Part shown: in pieces, positions 37,001 to 48,779 of the stretch
How positions within the stretch are numbered: position 1 is the stretch's first letter
How the letters are laid out: every line of letters begins with the position of its first letter
Assembly (NCBI GenBank): GCA_900088475.1
Contig: FLMG01000116.1
Location: 11,302 to 75,301 of the forward strand
Source: Hyphochytrium catenoides
Lineage: Eukaryota > Protista > Hyphochytriomycota
Direction: 5' to 3'
Length of the DNA: 64,000 nucleotides
Program-made: the position numbers and the translations under genes
Notes under the pieces: generated by a model
The model's database searches: none
Seen by the model: only the letters and a program-made list of their open reading frames with translations
Told to the model about the DNA's origin: nothing

Positions 37001-39343
37001 CTCCTCGTTAAGCTCGTTGCCTTCGCCAGTGCCGCTATAGTTCTGAAATGGCTTATTAAACCACTGTTCAAAGTTCTCCACGCTCTTAAAGATCTTCGGT
37101 AATAGAAAGTTTAAAAGAGACCACAGTTCTGGAAGGTTGTTTTGCAAGGGAGTACCCGTGAGCAGGATTCTGTTTCTTGAGTTGTAGAGCTGCCCCAGAG
37201 TCTGTGCAAACTTGCTCTGCGCGTTTTTCATCCTATGTCCCTCATCAACTATGATGTACTGCCATAGCGTCTTCCTGAGCACGTGCTTATCCTTCATAAC
37301 GTATTCATAGGTAGTCAGTNNNNNNNNNNNNNNNNNNNNNNNNNNNNNNNNNTATGTCACTAGGGAAATGGTCTGAATAGTCTTCCCGAGACCCATTTCG
37401 TCCGCAAGGATGCCGTTAAGATTGTTGTTGTAAAGAGAGACCATCCACTGCAGTCCCTTCAGCTGATACTCCTTCAAGTCTCCGCCCACTAACATTGAGG
37501 GTTGTCGGGTTATCTTCTCCTGGACTGCGTGAGCCAGGTCATAGTAATCGCCCTGAGAACTCTCGGAAGACTCTCCTTCCTGACTCTGATTATTCTGGGC
37601 TACTCCACCACCCACCGCCTCCTCCTGATGGCGGCGTACTAGCTGCATGACGCTCTCTAGGTACTCGTCCGTCTGCTTCAGGAGATACCGGAGCCTTTCG
37701 TTCTTTGCGTTCTCTACCAGCTTGGCATATGCCTCCATGTCATTTGCTTTCAGCGCTTTCAACCGGTTTCTTTCAAACCTTTCCTCTTCTCTTTCCGCCT
37801 TCAGAGCAATGCCCTCTAAATGGGTCTTGACAGCCCTTGCAGCCTTGGCTGCAGCGCTATACTTATTCCGATGGAAAGAGAAAAAATCACGGCTGTGGTT
37901 TGCCACGCTTCGTAGAAAGTTTTGATGACGTTGGCGTCGCGCATTCTCAATCTCCATTTGCTTCTTTTTCTGCTCCTTCTCATAGAGCTTAAGTTCCTTT
38001 TTGGATTGCTTCTTATAACGTTTCATGGCGAATCGATCGACGACGGCGGGGTCCCTAAGAGAGAGAAGGGCTTGCTGGTGCGTCTCAATAACAGCCAGCC
38101 GAACCTGCTTCTGTTTCCCTAGCAGTTTAAGTGCTTTAAGCTGGATGAGATCCCTTAGGCCCTGCTTTGACTGTCCGTTGACTGGGTCTTCTGCGCTGTT
38201 CAGCTTGCTTTGCAGTTCCATAATGCGGTTTGAGATCATTCTCGAGATCTCCTGCTCCCTCTTCTCTTTCAGCTCATCTAGGTCAAGCGGTAAAGGACCC
38301 TCGGACCTTCGGAAGAGCTGTTCAAACCCTTGCTGCGGTACGGGCAGAGCCTCAGCCGCTTTCCCTATGAAGATGAGCCCATACTTGCCCCTCCTCCATT
38401 GGGTGCCAAGATTACGCTTCTCTAGAGCCTTCTTTGCGGCGGCCTCCATCTCCATCTGCTTCCTCTGCAGAGTCCGAGGACTGTCAACTGGAGGTGGAGG
38501 AGGAACCTTCTTCTCCACCGGTGTTTTGATTTCTGGCCTGGCCGACTGTATTTTATCTCGACCTCCAGAAGCCTTTGCCCCGATGCTGGTTCTTGAAGGT
38601 TCCGGCTGGCTGCTAGTCTTGGCGATTTGTGGCGGCTGTGCAGCTTTTGTTGTTTTGCCCTCCTTCGCTCGAGGTTTTGATGCCTCCTGAACGGCCTTTG
38701 CCCCGGCATGTTCGGCGGGTTTGGCATACAAAGCGCCTCTGATGGCCTTAAACAATCGTACTTGCTCCACCAACTGAGCAATTTGCTGGGGCTGGAAAAG
38801 TAGCGCAGAAGCTGCCTGCTCTTGTAGATTTTGGTGAGCGGTCTGTTGCTGCTGGATTGCCTGCTGTTGTTGTTGCTGCCCATGAGCTGTTGGTGAAGTC
38901 CAATGAGCGTAGGCTGTCCCTTGCTGGTATGCATTCGGACTATCGCGCTGAACGCCATACTGTCCCTGTTGGTGCTGGTACAAATGCTGGGCCTGTTGGT
39001 GCTGAGAACCCCCTGCGGGGGCGGCAACATGCGGCGAAGGTTGGACCACCTGTGGCGAGGCCGCGGGTTGAGCCTGAGAAGCTCCTTGTTGCCTAAACAT
39101 GCTGGAGTGAGCTTGAAGAAGTTGGACCAGCTGCATGTATCTTGGATCGTCCGTTCTTCCCATCTCCTTCATCTGAAGGACCACCTAGAACAAATAAAAA
39201 CACTTGTTAGCTGAAGCTGAGATGATTTATCGGGCTACGGAAGTAATGGTCACCTGAAAAACCTTCTTCAGTTGCTCAGGTTGCAGTTGAGGCATTTGGT
39301 CCCTGCCTAAAGGCATTTGGCTACCGCTTGTGGCACTATGCAT
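34008..39343 (-). CDS. BRM: SWI/SNF catalytic ATPase of the Snf2/BRM (SMARCA2/4) subfamily: QLQ-like, HSA, SNF2_N, helicase C, SnAC-like and bromodomain; contains an assembly gap
   Basis: [30 protein letters not shown] (HSA/post-HSA), [91 protein letters not shown]; bromodomain [12 protein letters not shown]...[22 protein letters not shown] at 39343, TAG at 34008. Confidence 0.95.
34631..34730. repeat. Degenerate ~19-23 bp minisatellite (about 5 units, core a(a/g)aggcccatagagcta) in a bromodomain intron
   Basis: Units: aaaggcccatagagctac, aaagactctccaatagagttac, aaagggcctatagcgcta, agaggcccatagagcta, agagcccatagagcg. Confidence 0.7.
37320..37352. other. Assembly gap (33 N) inside the SNF2_N coding region
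   Basis: Run of N. Confidence 0.99.
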
Positions 39344-40163
39344 TATAATTATGTGCCGCCTTTAGAGACGGAGCGCCAACCTTGATGCCCCACTTGCTAC
39401 TCAGGCATTGCCAAACGCGATCAAGTGCTGCAGCTAAATGTTCTTTACGACGAGCACTTGGAGGAGTGCCAGCAACACTGCCTAGTACCGCTGTCACGCT
39501 AAAATTAAAAATAGAAGGCAGGTCCTCTCAGAGTCAGACAGATGTGGCGCTGACAGCTTCAACGCTTCGTATTGAGCGATCTTCAGAATCAACCGAAATC
39601 TCATTTCGATCTCTTTTCCAGTTTCCAATTTTGAAGCTCCTTCTGTTTGTGTGATAAAGAGCCACCTACCGTACTGTAGTTCTTGCCAAGTCTTCTGTTA
39701 ATCCCATTCCCCGTTCCCCATACAAATAACACAACACCTCCTCCAAACACAAGGAATAGAAGTAAGAGCGTTGGATTCAGAACTATGCCTTTCAGGTTCC
39801 ACAAAGTAGTTTTTCTTATCAAGAATACCCAGTGTGTTTTCAAAATGGGGGGACGTTACTGGTAAGGTTTACGCCATCAAACGCAGAAATGACACCATCA
39901 ATAGAGTTGTCGTGTGCGTACAGGGCAAGATCCACTTTTACACTTGCGCGACATCACATGAATGAGACGATAACCCGATGATGTGATGAGACTGTGAGAC
40001 AGATAGATGGGCGGGTTATCACGGCCTGGAACGCAGTCCCTTCTTCATCTCTGACTGCAGAGAGCAAGCGGGATATGTTGGGTCCGATCTTACGTATGAA
40101 GCTGCGTTCAACTGCCGTAAGTAGAGCCGACAAGTTTAGCGGTTCTGTAAATCGCTAAGTGGG

Positions 40164-41893
40164 ATGGCCAGGAACGAGGTGAAACGGCTCATTGGCTGGG
40201 CAGCGGCTTCGAGGGTACTCATCTTGGTTCTAACTGCACTCAGCCAAGTTCTCATTCCGCCTTACGACCAATCTAATCGAGTCCAAGGTCAGGACCACGT
40301 GACGAGCCACGCTTATGACAAAGTTCTTTTCTGAATATCTTTTGAGTCAGGGTCACATCTACTGGGAGGGTTTGCAAACTGGGACGGCGTCTATTTCACT
40401 CGAATAGCCAGTGCTGGCTATGAGTACGAACAGTTTCACGCATTTTATCCTATGCTACCTATCTGCATCAACATGACCCGGTGAGAGAGCCTTTTAGGTC
40501 GGTTCACCAAGCATTGGCCTAACCTGTTAGTCCTGAAGCCGTTTGCTTACGGCAGCTATGGTTGGATGTCACATGAGCTATGAAGATCTGACGTTGCTCG
40601 CAGGATTCATGATAAGGTGACCCTTAGAAAGCGGCGGTCAGAAAAGGAATACCCCTAAGCTAATTTTCCCTCATAGCAACGGCTCGTTCGTGGGTTCTAC
40701 GGTCCTGTTATATCTCCTGACGGAGTCACTCTTCCACTGCAGAAAGCTAGCCTTTGCAGCGAGTTTGCTCTTTATTCTATCGCCTGCGGGTATATTCATG
40801 AGCGCTATATACTCGGAGAGGTTAGGTGACGTCTCGTGCTGGAGCGACAAGCTTCTTCCCGACTGACAGCGTGACTGCAGTCTGTTCACGGTCGCATCAT
40901 TCTTAGGCTTTTATTTAGTTGAGCAGTCGGGAAATTCCCGTAACCCAGAACGTCTACTTCTATGTGCAGCTGTGGTTTTTGGAATGGCATCACTGGCAAG
41001 ATCCAATGGCGTATTACTATCATGTACGTCTTTCATGGGCTTGGTGAGGAATGAGACCACTGACTCAGCTTCTTAGTGTTCATTCTTGCTCATCAGCTCC
41101 CTCGCTCGCCCTTACCTTGGGAGGGACCTACCCATCTCCTCTACTTCCTGCGGCATTGGTTGGTGACATTGTGCTTGGGAATAATAGCAGTTCTTCCAGG
41201 ATTCATGTTCCAGCTCTACGGCTATCTGCTCTACTGCACTGGATCCCATCTAGCAGAGTAAGTATGATGTGTATTGAGATAAAGTAAGCACCATAGCTAA
41301 ATGGCAGACGTAGGCCGCGGCCCTGGTGTCAGAACTTGCTTCCAAGCATTTACAACCACGTCCAGACAGAGTATTGGAAGGTGGGCTTCATGAGGTATTG
41401 GACGATTAAGCAGGTAGAATTGGGCAGGTAGAGCTTGAAGTTGTAGAGGCTAACCGTTTTGCGATTCAGGTTCCCAATTTTCTTTTAGCGGCGCCAATTT
41501 TATCTATTACCGCGAGCTGCATGTGCAAAATCTTGCTATCGCACCAACTAGTTGGCTGCACTGATAAGGTCCCTAGGACCACCTTCACAAAGAGAGGGTT
41601 TGCCTACTTTCTCCACTGGGCATTCTTGTCTATTGTCGCAGTAACCACTATTCATGTGCAGGTAAGTTGAGCTTTGCACACTAAGCGGGGCTTAGATGAC
41701 TTGACCAAACAGCTCCTTGCAGGTGGCGACTAGGTTACTTTCGTCTTGTCCTGCCCTGTACTGGTACCTAGGCTCCTGGTTTATAAAACCTTATCGCGTC
41801 GGCGGCATATATCGTTACCTCTACTTAGCTTATTGCGGCATCTACTTCGTCGTTGGGACTACACTGTTCACCTCGTTCTACCCTTGGACGTAG
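40164..41893 (+). CDS. PIGV: GPI mannosyltransferase 2 (PIG-V/Gpi18); ~9 exons with short introns
   Basis: MARNEV...ASRVLIL, FANWDGVYF.RIA..GYEYEQFHAFYP, LSPAGIFMSA.YSESLF, ARSNG, RPWC...[50 protein letters not shown], FYPWT*. Confidence 0.93.
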
Positions 41894-42303
41894 ATAACCC
41901 AACCGAGCGCGCGGAACTGTTTCTCTCAAAATCACTTCCATGAAGCCTCATTGTGAATAATATGAAGAGTTCCTGCAATTCCTCATGTTTGTTAGGAGAT
42001 AACAGGGGGAGCAGAAGCTGTCAGCGCAGTGAGAACATGATGATGTCTCTCTTCATTTACAAAGAGAAATGGACATGATACTGTAGTTTTTCTAATTCCT
42101 AGTTCTACTTGACAATTCCTAGTACCGGATAGTCGTACTTCTCTATGTTCTGAGTGCTAGCCTAGAAGGAGACTCCGATTTACCGCTACTCTTACACTAG
42201 AGACTTCTACTCCCCGCTGTGTTTAGACCATTTGCCGACGGTTGCGCTGTAGCGGATTCCCCTTAGTGCCTCCTACCCACCTAGCTGGCATTCTAAATAG
42301 TTA

Positions 42304-42701
42304 ATGGTAGTGGGACGATATTCACAAGGGTTAGTAGCTTAGTTACGAATATCGCCGACCAATTCCCATCCATCCTCCGTAGTGACAACAGTGTCGTGAT
42401 GGAAGGCTGCTCACCCTAGTAGTGAGACGATGTTCATGGCCAAAGTGTTTGACATTACTTGGGGGGAAGCCCCTTGGACACCTCCCAGATCGCTGGGAGC
42501 CACCCCTCAGTGGTAACTAGCGGAGGAGCCGCTGATCAAAGCGAATCCAGAGACAGCTTCCTCGTTCGCAGGCCATTGCTCTAGAATGGCTCTTTATGAA
42601 GCTTTGATCACCACGTTCCTGGGTGTGCACTTTCGATACCTGGTGAAGATCCGTCAGTCCTTCTGCCGCTCAAAACGAGATCGCAGAGCTCGCGCTTGAG
42701 C
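42304..42701. other. Hairpin-rich intergenic segment; candidate structured ncRNA or structured regulatory region
   Basis: Perfect stems of 10, 8, 7, 6 and 6 bp within 400 nt and no substantial ORF; no RNA family recognised. Confidence 0.3.
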
Positions 42702-42733
42702 ATTTGACTCTGTTATAGACCTTCGTAAGAAAG

Positions 42734-44230
42734 ATGTTGTCCCTACTCAAGAGATGCTCCGGTTTGCCTGTCCGTCAAGTGGTAAGCTGTTCTCGAATAC
42801 ACTAAAACGCGTTAGTGTTGGTCTTAATAACGTGTCTACGATGTTGCCAGGGTCTAAGGTCCGCGCGTGCCTTCAGTGCAGGCGGAAAGGAGGTAAGGAC
42901 CCCGTCATCTTGCTATACTTCTACCTTGATGATATTTGTGTCATACCGTCATTTGTAGATGACCGTCAGAGATGCCCTGAATAGTGCTCTGGATGAAGAA
43001 ATGGAGAGAGACGAAAGTGTCTTCTTAATGGGTACGTTCGTCCTTAAACTACTTGTCATAACGATCCGATGAACTAAGTCTTCCATGGGAACTCTTACAC
43101 CAGGTGAGGAAGTAGCTCAATATCAAGGTGCATATAAGGTACACACAGTGACTTTCCACTGAACGGCAGTGGGTATTGACTCTTGGCGAACCTCAGATCA
43201 GCAAAGGTCTCTATCAGAAGTATGGCGAAAAGAGAGTGATTGATACTCCCATCACCGAAATGGGCTTTGCTGGACTAGCGACTGGTGCAGCCTACAAGGG
43301 GTGCAAGCCCGTTCTGGAGTTCATGACCTTCAACTTCGCGATGCAGGGCATCGACCACATTCTCAACTCTGCCGCCAAGCAGCTTTACATGTCTGCAGGA
43401 GATATTCCTGTGCCTATCGTCTTCAGAGGCCCAAATGGGGCCGCTGCTGGTGTCGGTACGTCAATCCCTATGCAACTCAAGAGTCACTCAGTTGGTTGAT
43501 AGCCTTTGTCTTCTTCCTGGTGTTCTCAACGGACAGCCGCGCAGCATTCCCAGTGTTATGCAGCTTGGTATGGTCACTGCCCTGGACTTAAGGTAGTAGC
43601 ACCTTACAGTGCTGAAGATGCAAGAGGACTACTCAAGGCTGCCATTCGCGACCCCAACCCTGTTATATTCCTAGAGAACGAGCTTCTCTATGGTATCTCC
43701 TTCCCTGTGACGGATGAGGTTCTCAGTAAAGACTTTGTCTTACCTTTTGGCAAGGCCAAGACCGAAAAGGCTGGCAGCGACGTCTCTATCATTACTTTCT
43801 CCCGAGGTGTACAGCACGCACTCAAGGCTGCGGAGAAACTCGCCGAGGAGGGAGTCGACGCTGAAGTGATTAACCTACGCTCAATCAGGCCGATGGACCG
43901 TGAGGCCATTATCGAGACTACCAAAAAGACCCATCGGGTTGTCACTGTAGAAGAAGGATGGCCGCAGCATGGCATTGGGGCGGAAATTGCGGCAGTAATA
44001 ATGGAGAGTAAGTTCCAATTTTTAAGTTCAGACTAGTCAGTTCCTATGTTCTCCACTGACTTCGTGCTCCTCCGGCAGCTGATGCCTTCGACTACCTTGA
44101 TGCGCCAGTGGAAAGAGTGACTGGAACGGATATCCCAATGCCTTATGCCATCAATCTGGAGCGTGCCGCTCTCCCTCAAGTTGACGACATCGTAAATGCA
44201 GCTAGGAGAACTGTGTACAGGAAGCTTTGA
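42734..44230 (+). CDS. PDHB: Pyruvate dehydrogenase E1 beta subunit, mitochondrial; 7 exons
   Basis: Presequence [10 protein letters not shown]...RAFS, then [97 protein letters not shown]. Confidence 0.97.
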
Positions 44231-44285
44231 GCATCAGGAAAGCTCAAGCTCTCTTATTTAACGCTGTTAATGAAGGCCTTTGCCA

Positions 44286-44707
44286 CTAGTAGCTCAGGCG
44301 GTCACTGAAACTTGATGGCCATGCTTCCCCGTCCACTGTACAGACTCCGCCTTTGCAATAGTTGTCCTGAAGCGTGGTTCGTGGATCTGTGAACTCACAT
44401 CCACCACCATCACATGTTGGAAAGCGACATTCAACGAATGTGCACCCTCCACCTAGTCCAGAGATGCTTCAGTGAATGACAATGAACATAGGCTTAAAAG
44501 TACTAGGAACTGACCTGAACATGATGGTGATTCGCAGTTGTAGAATGTACACCTTCCTCCTCTGCAGCTTACCGGCCTTGTACATGCTCGATAGATGCAT
44601 CTGCCTTTGTCACAGTCCTTGTCACAATCTGTCTCTCTGCCATCAACCATATAGAAGGACACCATGAACATAATCAGGAGAAGGTGCAGGGACTGTGGTC
44701 TGGCCAT
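44286..44707 (-). CDS. Small secreted Cys-rich protein with CxGGxC repeats (~119 aa, 2 exons)
   Basis: Signal-peptide-like MARPQSLHLLLIMFMVSFYMVDG, then CDKGRC, CRGGRC, CSGGGC, CDGGGC, CKGGVC. The GT-AG intron at 44514-44453 preserves the repeat. Confidence 0.75.
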
Positions 44708-45482
44708 GGTCCTCAGCTTTCGGGCACCACACTTGTCCATCCACTGGTGAGCCCCTGTAAGAAGGATAAGGCTTCGAACAAGGGGTGACGGTGGCAGGTG
44801 GCAAGTAAGCTATGTGGAAATTGGTTATGAGGCCGAGCAAAGGGCCAGACAACTACTTGTACAGTGTGACTCACGATGTAGAGCTCAGTGTGGGCTCGTC
44901 AATCACGAGTTTGGTTTCCATAATAAACAGATGACAGCCTCACTTACAATCAGTACAAACCCATAAATGACTCTTCAAAGATCAAACGAGTACTCAGTAC
45001 TTACGGCATGGCGAAGGAGATGATAAAGGATGTAGATGTTATCTGAGAGCTGAGAGTGTCCTGCAGACTACAATCCAACATCAGCACCAAGTGTTTGTTC
45101 AGGACAAGTATTGTACCGATTACTGTACACAGTGACACAGCACCATTATTATCGTGGATCTCCTTTCGCTCTATCCCTGATCAACGAGGCTCTATGTTCT
45201 ACACTGTACTGTACATGAAATTGACGTTTGGGCCATGATCTCTTGTTCGTAGTAGAAGCTATGAACTGAAGGCATCATGACAGGAAGTTTTTGGGCCAAG
45301 GTGTGCATTTGAAGCTTCTGAAGTCCCAGAAAGGCTGTTCGCCGTTGAGCTCGTCGCCGCTATACTCTATTTTACATTTTGCCTATTATAAGCCGTAGAG
45401 AAGTTGTTTTCCATAAATACTGTGGGTAAGGCTTATATAAATAGAAAGTATAGTAATGGAAAGAAATGGTATCGAGCGTTGC

Positions 45483-47600
45483 CTACAGTGATAGGCGATA
45501 TTTCACAATAACGTCTGCTTCAGCCTCAAGCGGCGGGTAATCTCGCCATTCCAGTTTCTCCTCCTCACCGTCACTCATGCCATAAATCTCTTGAAGCCTC
45601 GTTGGATTTATGCTGACAGTCGGTATGCTTTTGATCAGGCTGCGATCCAACCCTGCCAACCCGGTCTCCTTCCATGGAGCATGGGCAATCTGGTTGTCAG
45701 GCCCAGTAGGGATAGGTGGGTAGTACTGTAGAGTGGGAGGGGCTGTGACCTCGGTTAAGCCGTTAAGCCCTCTTCGGCGTGGAGGGATCCTAAGCCGATC
45801 GATGATAAAGCGTCCTCCTCTCCCCATCCGACCACGGCTGCCGACACGAGAGCGGTTAGTTTGTGAAGGATCTCCACTTTTGACAGGGAAAGCCTATTCT
45901 TACCACACAAAGGATGGGCTCAAGCCAACATGCGATGCAGTAAAGGGAGCTGACTCCAGATCTAGCTCTATAGGGACTGTGTCACATGGTACCATAGTGC
46001 TGACCACACAAAGCTCACTAATATTGCCATCATAGTCCATGAATGATGGCTGGATAGCGTTTGGAGTCCCGGTTAGATTGCCCCCCGGCGCCGGAGAAGG
46101 GCCACCTTTCAGCCCAGCATCTGGACCACTTCCAGTGAAGGCAGGAACAGGCTGGGGCACCTTGCTTAGGTCCACTCCTGCGGTTTTTACTTTGCTCATT
46201 TCTCCTTCTCCTTCATCGTCGACCCCTTGGCCGTCTTTCCTTTCCTTTTTGTGCTTCTTGTGCTTCCTCTTGAGTTTTTTTAGTAGCCTCTCTTCCTCGC
46301 TAGCCTTAGGGATTTTAAGCCGCAGTTTGAAGTCTTCCCTCTGCAGACGGCATCACCAATCAGTAAACTTGCCTAAGAGGAGTAGGAAGCTCACCTTACC
46401 AGTTCCGACTTTCTGGGCTTCCCAGAGGTGTTAACCAGGTCATAAATAGATTGTTCAAATACTTCTCCGACGTAGTCAAGAGCAAGTCGCTTCATACTTT
46501 CTCGCCTCTTGATCAAGGCTAGCAACTCTCGAGAACGTTCAAAGTCGCCTCGCAATGTAAGAAGTTTTCGGTATGACTCCATATCATTTTTCCGATGCTT
46601 CCGCAGCTTGTAGCGCTCCTACATTGACCAGGGATGTTACGCGTACGAAGGCTGACAAGTAAAGACCAGATCACATGACCAACCTTTTCTCTCGGTCTAA
46701 AGACATGGTGTGGATTAGTATCATTCAGCGCAGTTTGCGGCCAGAACCTTCGCAATAACGGCTTTTTGAGTCTTAACGTCTTGGCCAGCCAGTAGTTGAA
46801 CACATCCTCTGTCACTCTATTAACTGCAGTCTTCCGTATCCCAAGTTTCAAGTTGAATATCTCCTCAGCTTCTGACTGCAACCAGGTAGGTATGGTAAGA
46901 AGACAAAATATCGATACACCGGGACTATTACGAGCTGGGCGATAATGAAACCAGGGAAAGCATAGGAGAAGAGAACGAGCTGCATTATTGCGCTACCGGG
47001 AAGAGGATGAGGTTTTGAACTTACAAGCTTCAACGTAGGTGGGTGGTTCTTTCCATTGGCCTTCTCTAAAAGATCTATCATTCTCTCGAAGGTAGCCTGG
47101 TCCAGTTGATAACGCGGATCACCATCTTCTCCGTACTTGGGGTGACCCCGTAGCCATTCCTAGATTCACTGGGTTAGTGACTGTCACACCAGTCAAAGAC
47201 AATAATATGGACCTGACCTCATCGTCGTAATCCAGGTCATACTCCACTTCATCTTCATCTCCAGCTACTCTTTTCTTCAGTCTTATGTAGCTGACCGGCG
47301 GCTGGTAGTTGTTGGGGTGCTCCTTGTCATAAGTTGACACTGTGTTCACGATTGGCGTTGGAATGTCCACACGCTTCCTCGCCCTCGGTTGAGCTTCGAC
47401 GATCTGTCGGGAAAGATTAGCTAGTAGTTAGGAGCTGGGAGCGCAACAGATAGATAACTTACGCCCGCGATGTCATCCAGCTTGGCGACCCTTTGCACGA
47501 CTCCAGCTTCATCTGTAAAGGTGAGATCCTCCGCAGAACGCACGACATTTAGCTTCTTGTAAACATCAATTGGCCTGGGCCTGAAGCTTTGACGCCTCAT
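45483..47600 (-). CDS. EPC1: Enhancer of Polycomb-like (EPL1/EPC) NuA4 subunit; multi-exon
   Basis: MRRQSFRPRPIDVYKKL, DIPTP, VEYDLDYDDEEWL, FERMIDLLEK, VFNYWLAK..R.KKPLLRRFWP, NPHHVFRPREK, YRKLLTLR.DFERSRELL.LIKRRE, CRGRMGRGGRFIIDR. Confidence 0.9.
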
Positions 47601-48418
47601 TGTGGCAGACCCAGGACAGACGCAGTTTCCTACAGCCAAGCTGGATTGCCGTTGATTGGTAGAAGTTGCTCAAGAACGTCTCATGAGTTAAAGAAGGTTT
47701 CAAAAGCAGCTAATAGCGACAACATGAGGTTTCCGTGATATTTATCCCCACCCTGGTGGTGGTCACCACCTGAGTTCGTCTTCAGGGACTTGACGAGGTC
47801 CAATTCAAGCCTCTCTAGCCTTCGAGCAATTACTCTCTTTGCTTAGGGATATTAGTACAGTGTGCCAGACAAAGGAACAACTCCGGACCCGGCAGTTGGA
47901 GCTCATGTCAGGAGGCCCTTTCCTCAGGATGCAGCTGCCTGCTTCCTGATGTTACCTCAATGCATTGGTCTCCCAAACAGCAGAGAAAGTGTATTTGGAG
48001 GTATCCCTTGAGTACTGTCGGGTAGAAGTAAAGGCGATACTCTCACCCTTGCTGCGAACGAGCGTAATTCTTCAGATAGAGATTGATTCCAAAGATTTCT
48101 GGCTTCGGGACCTCCGACGACTTGTAAAGATTAGAAAAACACTATTTCGCTTATGCTGGAATATACCTCACCGTGTAAATGGTGATTTTTCAAAGTCTTC
48201 TCAAGCCAAATGGCGTTTAATCGTTCCAAAACAGCCACCCCCTTCCCACACCCACAATCCATGTGTCACGCAATAACTTTAGACCCTAGAACAGTGATAA
48301 AGGGTGAGGCTGGGTGGGCCATCACATGCGGGATTTGAGATTTGACATTTGTCTGCCAGAACTGATAATCAAACCTGTCGTTAATGAGTTACTGGTATGT
48401 TAGTAAGCAATCTTTGAT

Positions 48419-48444
48419 TTTCGCGGTGGCGCGGTGGCGCCAAT
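48419..48444. promoter_or_regulatory. Inverted pair of E2F-like sites upstream of the MCPH1-like gene
   Basis: TTTCGCGG (48419-48426, +) and ATTGGCGC (48444-48437, -) both fit WTTSSCSS; ~340 bp before the ATG. Confidence 0.4.
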
Positions 48445-48779
48445 TTTCAGATTATTGATGAGAATGCGAACTGCTAAAGAAGGTTACGACGTGAAAGTCG
48501 AATTAACTTGACCATTATACAGCACATAGTTCGCTTCTTTGGCATTGATAGCTTGACAGAGCCCTCAAACTTGTCAGCCATTGAAGCGTTTGTCTCTATA
48601 TAATGCTTAGATGAAGAAGCGTGGCTCTCCCATGGGATGGGGGCCGAAGCTCTAGGTTGCTCTAGGCACAATGTCTAACTCAAACTGTGGCTTACTTCCA
48701 GCGGATACAAAATGAACCCAGCAGGCAATCCGGCTACAATCCACTAAACGTTGGCACTGTGGCTCTAAAAGAAAGGAGC

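Noticed and set aside
38025-38690. 221-aa plus-strand ORF, and many other antisense ORFs over ATAD3, VPS13 and the giant ATPase
   Set aside because: Shadows of real CDSs with no motifs of their own.
42296-42520. RNase MRP/P-like fragments (aatagtta, ggggctt, accaattc)
   Set aside because: No GAAAGUCCCC/GGAAGUUC CR-I able to form P4 on either strand.
42461-42535. TPP-riboswitch-like words (gggg...gctgggag..accc...tggtaactagcggagg) upstream of TPP-dependent PDHB
   Set aside because: Lacks the invariant CUGAGA and GAACCUGAU elements.
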